Shown: positions 6,880 to 13,533 of the stretch, piece by piece
Position numbering within the stretch: position 1 is the first letter of the stretch
Layout: each line of letters opens with the position of its first letter
Assembly: GCA_000433915.1 (NCBI GenBank)
Contig: HF993645.1
Location: 16,129-32,000, forward strand
DNA from: Clostridium sp. CAG:793
GTDB lineage: Bacteria; Bacillota; Clostridia; TANB77; CAG-508
DNA: 15,872 nucleotides
Direction of reading: 5' to 3'
Position numbers and translations under genes: made by a program
The notes under the pieces: model-generated
The model's input: only the letters and a program-made list of their open reading frames with translations
Told to the model about the DNA's origin: nothing
Database searches by the model: none

Positions 6880-6972
6880 ATGTCAAAAATATCCCATAAA
6901 ACATAAAATACAATAAGATAAAAATGCATTGGAAAACAAAAGAAAAAGAATAAAAAAAGAAAGGAAAAAACA

Positions 6973-7779
6973 ATGGAACAAGATAATAAAATTGAAAAAA
7001 AGCCATTAAAAAAGCAACCACCAATAATATTAGAAGCAAAAAACATAAGCAAAACATATCAAGCAAAAAATGGAGAAATACAAGCATTAAAAGATATAAA
7101 CTTCAAAGTAAAACAAGGCGAATACATCAGTATAATAGGACCAAGTGGGTGCGGTAAATCAACACTATTATCAATAATAGCAGGACTAGAAAGTAAAAGC
7201 CAAGGAACAATAATCAAAAGAGGAAAAATAGGATATATGTTACAAAAAGACAACTTGCTAGAATGGAGAACAATTTACAAAAACGTCTTATTAGGATTAG
7301 AAATACAAAAAAATAATACTAAAGAAAATAGCGAATATGCAATAAATCTACTAAAAAAATATGGATTATATGAATTTAAAGATAAATATCCAATGCAATT
7401 ATCTGGAGGGATGAGACAAAGAGTTGCACTAATTAGAACATTAGCAATAAGGCCACAAATACTATTGCTAGACGAAGCATTTTCAGCCTTAGACTATCAA
7501 ACAAGACTAATGGTAACAGATGATATATACAAAATATTAAAACAAGAAGGAATAACAGCAATAATGGTTACACATGACATATCAGAAGCAATAAGTATGT
7601 CAGACAGAGTAATAGTATTAAGCCAGAGACCAGCCACAGTAAAAAACATCTACAATATAGAATTTGACATAGAACATAGAACACCGCTAAATTGTAGAGA
7701 AAGTCCACAATTCAGTAAATACTTTAATACTATGTGGAAGGAGCTAGAAGAATATGATAAAGAAGCAGAAAAAAAGTAA
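6973..7779 (+). CDS. ABC transporter ATP-binding protein, NitT/TauT (nitrate/sulfonate/bicarbonate-type) family.
   Basis: Motifs present: Walker A GPSGCGKST, Q-loop MLQKD, signature LSGGMRQRV, Walker B LLLDEAFSALD and H-loop VTHDISEA. The gene sits in an operon with the matching permease and NMT1-like binding protein. Confidence 0.95.
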   Translation: MEQDNKIEKKPLKKQPPIILEAKNISKTYQAKNGEIQALKDINFKVKQGEYISIIGPSGCGKSTLLSIIAGLESKSQGTIIKRGKIGYMLQKDNLLEWRTIYKNVLLGLEIQKNNTKENSEYAINLLKKYGLYEFKDKYPMQLSGGMRQRVALIRTLAIRPQILLLDEAFSALDYQTRLMVTDDIYKILKQEGITAIMVTHDISEAISMSDRVIVLSQRPATVKNIYNIEFDIEHRTPLNCRESPQFSKYFNTMWKELEEYDKEAEKK

Positions 7780-8584
7780 AGACAATCAACCAATATCAGA
7801 AGAACGAAAACAATACTTAAAGAAAATAAAAAGAAATAAAATAGCCATATTAATAACGCAAATATCAATAATAGTGGCATTTATTGCAATATGGGAAATA
7901 GCCGCAAAATTAGGCGCAATAGACAGTTTCATAACAAGTAAACCAAGTCAGATAATAAAAACATTCATAAATCTATCAAATAACGACTTACTAGAACACC
8001 TAAAAATAACACTAACAGAAACATTTGCAGGATTCACTTTAGGAACATTTATGGGAGTAATAATAGCAATAATACTATGGTGGTCACCATTCATATCAAA
8101 AGTATCAGAACCATTTCTAGTAGTATTAAACAGTTTGCCAAAAGTAGCATTAGGTCCAGTAATAATAATATGGGTAGGAGCAGGAATGCCAGCAATAATA
8201 GTAATGGCACTTGCAATATCATTAATAGTAACAATACTAGACATACTAAATGGACTAATTCATACAGACAGCGAAAAAATAAAAATGGCACAAACATTTA
8301 ATGCAAACAAAACGCAAATACTGACAAAAATAGTATTACCAGCCAACATCTCAACACTATTTAACACATTAAAAGTAAACATAGGCCTATCACTAGTAGG
8401 AGTAATATCAGGAGAATTTTTAGTATCAAAAGGAGGATTAGGATACTTAATAGTATATGGAGGTCAAGTATTTAAGCTAGATCTTGTAATGACAAGTGTA
8501 ATAATATTAGGAATCGTTGCAGCTCTAATGTACGAAGGAATAGAAATAATACAAAAGAAAGTAATAAAACAAACGATAAAATAA
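7754..8584 (+). CDS. ABC transporter permease, NitT/TauT family (BPD_transp_1).
   Basis: There are about 6 TM segments. An EAA-like loop region (MAQTFNANKTQILTKIVLPANISTLFNTLKVNIGLSLVGVISGEF) is typical of SsuC/TauC-type permeases. The gene overlaps the ATPase gene by 26 nt, and AAGGAG lies 11 nt upstream of the ATG. Confidence 0.9.
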   Translation: MIKKQKKSKDNQPISEERKQYLKKIKRNKIAILITQISIIVAFIAIWEIAAKLGAIDSFITSKPSQIIKTFINLSNNDLLEHLKITLTETFAGFTLGTFMGVIIAIILWWSPFISKVSEPFLVVLNSLPKVALGPVIIIWVGAGMPAIIVMALAISLIVTILDILNGLIHTDSEKIKMAQTFNANKTQILTKIVLPANISTLFNTLKVNIGLSLVGVISGEFLVSKGGLGYLIVYGGQVFKLDLVMTSVIILGIVAALMYEGIEIIQKKVIKQTIK

Positions 8585-8609
8585 TAAAAAAGAGAGAAAG
8601 GAAATCAAA

Positions 8610-9626
8610 ATGAAGAAAAAGATTATAGCAGCAGTAATTGCTGCGGTTTTAGTTGTAGTCATTATAGTAGCAGTAATGATATCAAAGAAAGCAAACCAAA
8701 ATCAAGAAAAGGACACAAAAACAATAAAGTTAAATGAAGTAACAAGGTCAGTATTCTATGCACCACAATATGCAGCAATAACACAAGGATTCTTTAAAGA
8801 AGAAGGAATAGAGCTAGAGATAACAACTGGTCAGGGCGCAGACAATGTAATGACATCAATATTAGCAGGTCAAAGCGATATAGGATTATGTGGTCCAGAA
8901 GCCTCAATATATGTTTATAATGAAGGAAAAGAAGACTACGTCCAAGTATTTGCACAGCTAACCAAAAGAGATGGCTCATTCTTAGTAAGCAAAAATCCTA
9001 CACAAAACTTCTCATGGAGTGATTTAAAAGGAAAAACAGTAATCCCAGGAAGAAAAGGTGGAGTACCATACATGACTCTAGAATATGTATTAAAACAAAA
9101 TGGTATAAATCCACAAACAGATTTAAACTTAGATGACAGTATAAAATTCGATTTAATGGCAGGAGCATTCACAGGTGGAAATGCAGAATATGTAACCTTG
9201 TTCGAACCAACTGCTTCAATGACACAAGATGCAGGAAAAGGTTATATAGTAGCATCAGTTGGAGAAGCAGCAGGAGAAGTACCATATACAGCATATTGTG
9301 CGAAAAAGAGCTATATAGAGAAAAATCAAGATATAATAGAAGGCTTTACACGAGCAACATATAAAGGACAGCAATGGGTAAAAACACATTCAGCAAAAGA
9401 AGTAGCAGAAGCAGTACAAAGTTTCTTCCCAGCAACAAGTTTAGAATCATTAGAAAAATCAGTTCAAAGTTATAAAGACATAGATGCTTGGAATGAAACG
9501 CCAGTACTAAAAAAAGAAGCATTTGATAAACTACAACTAATAATGACAGAAGCAGGAGAATTAAAACAACAAGCACCTTATGAAAAAATAGTAAACAACA
9601 CATTTGCAGAAAAAGTAATAAAATAA
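8610..9626 (+). CDS. ABC transporter substrate-binding protein, NMT1/THI5-like (NitT/TauT family), anchored by an N-terminal TM segment.
   Basis: The start of the fold is typical of NMT1/THI5-like binding proteins (SVFYAPQYAAITQGFFKEEGIELEITTG...GQSDIGLCGP). The N-terminal hydrophobic stretch IIAAVIAAVLVVVIIVAVMI has no lipobox Cys. AAAGGAAA precedes the ATG. Confidence 0.9.
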   Translation: MKKKIIAAVIAAVLVVVIIVAVMISKKANQNQEKDTKTIKLNEVTRSVFYAPQYAAITQGFFKEEGIELEITTGQGADNVMTSILAGQSDIGLCGPEASIYVYNEGKEDYVQVFAQLTKRDGSFLVSKNPTQNFSWSDLKGKTVIPGRKGGVPYMTLEYVLKQNGINPQTDLNLDDSIKFDLMAGAFTGGNAEYVTLFEPTASMTQDAGKGYIVASVGEAAGEVPYTAYCAKKSYIEKNQDIIEGFTRATYKGQQWVKTHSAKEVAEAVQSFFPATSLESLEKSVQSYKDIDAWNETPVLKKEAFDKLQLIMTEAGELKQQAPYEKIVNNTFAEKVIK

Positions 9627-9636
9627 AATATCAAAC

Positions 9637-9660
9637 CGCCATATTTTTTGAATATGGCGG
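9637..9660 (+). terminator. Probable terminator hairpin after the ABC importer operon.
   Basis: The hairpin is ccgccatatt-tttg-aatatggcgg, a 10-bp stem with a GC-rich base, 10 nt after the stop codon. There is no clean U-tract on the + strand (aatattaaaa follows), so confidence is reduced. Confidence 0.5.
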
Positions 9661-9675
9661 AATATTAAAAAATCA

Positions 9676-9705
9676 TTAGACAACATAAGAAATATGTGGT
9701 AAAAT
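9676..9705 (+). promoter_or_regulatory. Extended -10 SigA promoter for the DUF2974/ABC-F operon.
   Basis: TTAGAC (9676-9681), then 18 nt ending in TGg, then TAAAAT (9700-9705). A strong RBS AGAGGAGG (9711-9718) and the ATG at 9725 follow. Confidence 0.55.
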
Positions 9706-9724
9706 ACTAAAGAGGAGGTCTGAC

Positions 9725-10825
9725 ATGGCAAACATTAATGATTATTTAAAGTGGAGAGGAGAACTAACATTAGATCAATCACCACTAAATGAAGTAGATA
9801 AAATGATATTATCAAGATTTTCGTATATCCCATTTAGGAAAATAAAAATGCAAGAAAAAGAAACAATTGGAAGCATATGTGAGAAATTAAAAAAATTTAA
9901 AGAAGAAGACTTCAATATAGCAGGGGACATGCCATTAGTACATAACTTAATAAATAGCAATAGATTCAAAGACATGGAAATCACAGACTACGAAGAAAAT
10001 ACAGATCCATCGGCAGAAAAACAATTTGCTGCAATAACAATCCATTTAGGTAATGGCGAGATGTTTGTATCATTTTGTGGAACAGACAATAGCCTTGTAG
10101 GATGGAAAGAAGACTTTAATCTAAGCTTCATGCAACATATACCTGCACAAATAGAGGGAATGGAATATCTAAAAAGAATATCAGAAAAATATAATGAAAA
10201 GATACATGTAGGTGGACATTCAAAAGGTGGAAATGTAGCCGTATACGCAGCAGTATTTGCAGGAGAAAAATGTCAAGACAAAATAATAGATGTAACCAAT
10301 CATGACGGACCAGGATTTGACGAAGAAATAATCGAAAGAGATGAATACAAAAGAATATTAAACAAGATATACACATATATTCCACAATCATCAATAATAG
10401 GAAGACTACTAGAGCATGAAGAAAAATATAAAGTAGTAGAGAGCGTAGAAAAAGGAATAATGCAACACGATATATATTCATGGCAAGTACTAGGAACCAA
10501 AATTGTGCAAATGGAAGAACTAACAAATGGAAGCGAATTTATAAACAAAACAATTAGAAATTGGCTAAAAGAAACAACACCAGAACAAAGAAAAAATGTC
10601 ATAGACATATTGTACAATGTTGTAGAATCAACAGAAGCACAAACAATGCATGAAATATCAACAACCAAAATGAAAAGTATCGCTAAAATGTTAAAATCAT
10701 ATAAAGAAATAGACCCGGAAGACAAGAAAATGATAAATCAAGTATTTCTAGGACTAGGACAAGCAGCAAAAGAAAGCTTAAAGAACAGTTTTACAAATAC
10801 AGAGAAAAAAGAAATAGAACAATAA
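9725..10825 (+). CDS. DUF2974 / Mbeg1-like alpha/beta-hydrolase-fold protein, a putative serine hydrolase of unknown function.
   Basis: Family-typical motifs recognised from memory: FCGTDNSLVGWKEDF, the nucleophile elbow GGHSKGGN (GxSxG, Ser166), NHDGPGF (candidate Asp) and IMQHDIYSW (candidate His). A helical C-terminal extension follows. Confidence 0.85.
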   Translation: MANINDYLKWRGELTLDQSPLNEVDKMILSRFSYIPFRKIKMQEKETIGSICEKLKKFKEEDFNIAGDMPLVHNLINSNRFKDMEITDYEENTDPSAEKQFAAITIHLGNGEMFVSFCGTDNSLVGWKEDFNLSFMQHIPAQIEGMEYLKRISEKYNEKIHVGGHSKGGNVAVYAAVFAGEKCQDKIIDVTNHDGPGFDEEIIERDEYKRILNKIYTYIPQSSIIGRLLEHEEKYKVVESVEKGIMQHDIYSWQVLGTKIVQMEELTNGSEFINKTIRNWLKETTPEQRKNVIDILYNVVESTEAQTMHEISTTKMKSIAKMLKSYKEIDPEDKKMINQVFLGLGQAAKESLKNSFTNTEKKEIEQ

Positions 10826-10836
10826 GGAGGGGCATA

Positions 10837-12417
10837 ATGCTACAAACAACAGGAGTTTCAGTAAGATTCGGAAAAAGAGTCTTATATGAAGATGTAAATA
10901 TCAAATTCAACAAAGGATGCTGCTATGGTATAATAGGAGCGAACGGAACAGGAAAATCAACATTTCTAAAAGTTTTATCAGGAGAACTAGAACCAAGCAA
11001 AGGTGAAGTATCAAAAGAAAAACAAGAAAGAATATCAGTATTAAATCAGAACCACTTTGCATTTGAAGAATACACAGTAATAGACACTGTAATAATGGGA
11101 AATAAAGAGCTATATAGCATAAAAGAAGAAAAAGATAAAATCTATGCAAAGCCAGATTTCAACGAAGAAGATGGAATGAGAGCTGCAAAATTAGAAGAAA
11201 GATTTGCAGAATTAGACGGATGGAACGCAGAATCAGATGCGGAAAGTTTATTAAATGACTTAGGAATATCACCAGAAAAACACTATAAACTAATGTCAGA
11301 CCTAGAAGCAAAGGACAAAGTAAAAGTATTATTAGCACAAGCACTATTCGGAAATCCAGACATATTGCTACTAGATGAACCAACTAATGATTTAGACTTA
11401 AAAACAATCTCATGGCTAGAAGAATTTTTAATAAACTTTGAAAATACAGTAATAGTAGTATCACACGATAGATATTTCCTAAACAAAGTATGTACACACA
11501 TCTGCGATGTTGACTTTGGAGAAATAAAAGTATATCCAGGAAACTACGACTTCTGGTATGAATCAAGTCAATTAATACAAAAACAAATGAGAGAACAAAA
11601 CAAAAAGAAAGAAGAGAAGATAAAAGAACTTCAAGACTTTATAGCAAGATTCAGTGCAAATGCATCAAAATCAAAACAAGCAACATCAAGAAAAAAATCA
11701 TTAGAAAAAATTCAATTAGATGAAATCAAACCATCAGCAAGAAAATACCCATACATTGATTTCAAGCCAGATAGACTACCAGGAAATGAAATCCTAGAAA
11801 TAAAAAATATATCAAAAACAATAAATGGAGAAAAAATACTAGACAATGTATCCTTTAAAGTAAAAGACAAAGACAAAATAGCAGTATTAGCAGAAAATGA
11901 AAATGCAATAACAGTACTATTTAAAATATTATCAGGAGAGCTAGAGCCGGATGAAGGAGAGATAAAATGGGGAACAACAATAACAACAAGCTATTTCCCT
12001 AAAGATAACAACTATCTATTTTCAGGAACAGAAAGCATTACAGATTGGTTAAGACAATATTCAAAAGACCCAGATGAAACCTATGTAAGAAGCTTTTTAG
12101 GAAGAATGTTATTCTCAGGAGAAGAAGCATTAAAATCAGTAAATGTTCTATCAGGAGGAGAAAAAGTACGTTGTGTATTATCAAAAATAATGCTATCAGG
12201 AGCTAATTTCCTAATACTAGACGAACCAACAAACCATCTAGACATGGAATCAATAACAGCATTAAATGAAGGAATGAAGAAATTCCAAGGAAATATGATA
12301 TTTACATCACATGACCATCAATTAACACAAACAGTAGCAAATAGAATAATAGACATAAAAAAAGATGGATTAGTAGATAAAGAAGTAACATACAATGAAT
12401 ATTTAGGAATAGAATAA
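10837..12417 (+). CDS. ABC-F family ATPase (YkpA/YbiT-like) with tandem NBDs and no TM domain.
   Basis: There are two ABC domains joined by a Lys/Glu-rich linker (QKQMREQNKKKEEKIKELQDFIARFSANASKSKQATSRKK). NBD1 has Walker A GANGTGKST and Walker B LLLDEPTNDLD. NBD2 has signature LSGGEKVR and Walker B LILDEPTNHLD. The RBS AAGGAGGGG lies 11 nt after the upstream stop codon. Confidence 0.95.
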   Translation: MLQTTGVSVRFGKRVLYEDVNIKFNKGCCYGIIGANGTGKSTFLKVLSGELEPSKGEVSKEKQERISVLNQNHFAFEEYTVIDTVIMGNKELYSIKEEKDKIYAKPDFNEEDGMRAAKLEERFAELDGWNAESDAESLLNDLGISPEKHYKLMSDLEAKDKVKVLLAQALFGNPDILLLDEPTNDLDLKTISWLEEFLINFENTVIVVSHDRYFLNKVCTHICDVDFGEIKVYPGNYDFWYESSQLIQKQMREQNKKKEEKIKELQDFIARFSANASKSKQATSRKKSLEKIQLDEIKPSARKYPYIDFKPDRLPGNEILEIKNISKTINGEKILDNVSFKVKDKDKIAVLAENENAITVLFKILSGELEPDEGEIKWGTTITTSYFPKDNNYLFSGTESITDWLRQYSKDPDETYVRSFLGRMLFSGEEALKSVNVLSGGEKVRCVLSKIMLSGANFLILDEPTNHLDMESITALNEGMKKFQGNMIFTSHDHQLTQTVANRIIDIKKDGLVDKEVTYNEYLGIE

Positions 12418-12421
12418 AACA

Positions 12422-12450
12422 AAAGGGACTGTAAAAAGTCCCTTTATTTT
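12422..12450. terminator. Bidirectional intrinsic terminator between the convergent ABC-F and response-regulator genes.
   Basis: The hairpin is aaagggact-gtaaaa-agtcccttt, followed by atttt on the + strand and by ttttgtttt on the minus strand. It overlaps the response-regulator stop codon at 12449-12451. Confidence 0.8.
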
Positions 12451-13507
12451 AATCCCATCTAAATTCTTCTTGAATATCAGTTATAGCTTTGTAATTATTG
12501 CGTAAAATTCCAAGGAATGCATTTGCAACATTAGGATCAAATTGAGATCCAGAACATCTTTCAATTTCTGCAATAACATTATCAAGAGGAAGAGCATCTC
12601 TGTATGGTCTTCTTGAAGTCATAGCATCAAAAGTATCAGCAACAGCAGCAATTCTAGCAATAAGAGGAATATCTTCACCACTTAATTGACTAGGATATCC
12701 TTTACCATCAAATCTTTCGTGATGATGAAGAACAATAGGAATAATATCCTTAAAAATCTCAGCATCACCAAGAATATGAGCACCAATATCAGGATGTTTC
12801 TTAATCTCAGCATATTCCACATCAGTAAGCTTGCCATTCTTAGTAAGAATATTATCAGGAACGCCAATTTTACCAATGTCATGGAATAAACCACCAATCT
12901 TCAAAGTATGTAAAGTAGCATCATCCAATCCCATAGACTGTCCAATAAGAACAGAATAAGCAGAAACCCTATCAGAATGACCACGAGTATATGGATCTTT
13001 AGCTTCAACAGTATAACGAACTATACCAACAGTATCAAGATAAGCTTTCTCAATTTCATCATTCTTTTCTTTAAGTTCAGTATTAATTTTAGTAATCAAA
13101 TGCATTTGCTCAACAGATTTCAAACCTGACTCAATCAAAAGAAGTAACTGATCAAAATTATTGCTCTTCTCACAATAACCTTGAATATCAAGCTCTTTCA
13201 AAGTTTGAAGTGGTGGAGCAAGGTCTTTGTGTCCAGTAAGTAATAAAATATAAAGATTTTTATCAAACTTTCTAACCTGTTCAACAACTTCATCTCCATG
13301 AATAGGATCCATAATAAAATCAAGTAAAAGCAAATCATAATGACTATTCTTCATAGCTTCAATAGCTTCAAGAGGGTTAGAATAGCAATCAAGATCATAG
13401 CCAGATCTCTTAAGCACAACCTTCAAAGAATCAAGTATACCAGCATCGTCATCAACAGCAATAAGCTTGTAAGGGCTAGTAATAACTTCTTGCATATATT
13501 TTCTCAT
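12449..13507 (-). CDS. Response regulator with a REC domain and an HD-GYP output (RpfG-type, putative cyclic-di-GMP phosphodiesterase).
   Basis: The REC domain shows IAVDDD...DLLLLDFIMDP...LLLTG (acidic pocket and phospho-acceptor Asp context). The HD-GYP domain shows HSDRVS...GGLFHDIGKIGVP...KKHP...HHHERFDGKGYP...ADTFDAMTSRRPY, so all the metal-ligand and GYP motifs are present. Confidence 0.95.
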   Translation of the reverse strand: MRKYMQEVITSPYKLIAVDDDAGILDSLKVVLKRSGYDLDCYSNPLEAIEAMKNSHYDLLLLDFIMDPIHGDEVVEQVRKFDKNLYILLLTGHKDLAPPLQTLKELDIQGYCEKSNNFDQLLLLIESGLKSVEQMHLITKINTELKEKNDEIEKAYLDTVGIVRYTVEAKDPYTRGHSDRVSAYSVLIGQSMGLDDATLHTLKIGGLFHDIGKIGVPDNILTKNGKLTDVEYAEIKKHPDIGAHILGDAEIFKDIIPIVLHHHERFDGKGYPSQLSGEDIPLIARIAAVADTFDAMTSRRPYRDALPLDNVIAEIERCSGSQFDPNVANAFLGILRNNYKAITDIQEEFRWD

Positions 13508-13533
13508 AATAAAATCACTCCAATCTAATCACA

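Noticed and set aside
6705-6972. A TPP (THI-box) or other known riboswitch upstream of the NMT1/THI5-like ABC importer.
   Set aside because: I could not find the conserved THI-box elements (CUGAGA ... ACCUGAUCUGGAUAAUGCCAGCG-like core) or any other riboswitch core I recognise. The region is almost pure A-rich sequence apart from one hairpin. An Infernal scan would be decisive.
6595-6972. tRNA-Lys-CUU as an integration site for a genomic island or prophage.
   Set aside because: There is no integrase or recombinase gene. I could see no direct repeat of the tRNA 3' end elsewhere in the window. Codon usage of the downstream genes matches the other + strand genes.
7754-7779. The 26-nt overlap between the ABC ATPase and permease ORFs as a possible frameshift or pseudogene signature.
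   Set aside because: Both ORFs are full length with complete motif sets, and an AAGGAG RBS precedes the permease ATG. Short overlaps are normal for translationally coupled ABC genes.
872-11566. Many 60-196-aa ORFs on the - strand antisense to the + strand genes. Examples are 1518-1847, 1844-2134, 2150-2479, 4538-5059, 5444-6034, 5518-5934, 6140-6433, 7948-8244, 10128-10526 and 10300-10725, plus 872-1195, which is off-frame within the XRE gene.
   Set aside because: These are Leu/Phe/Ile/Ser-rich, low-complexity translations that lie entirely inside well-supported genes. They have no RBS and no recognisable motifs. The - strand is A-poor here, so the stop codons (TAA, TAG, TGA) are rare by composition alone. 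These are shadow ORFs.
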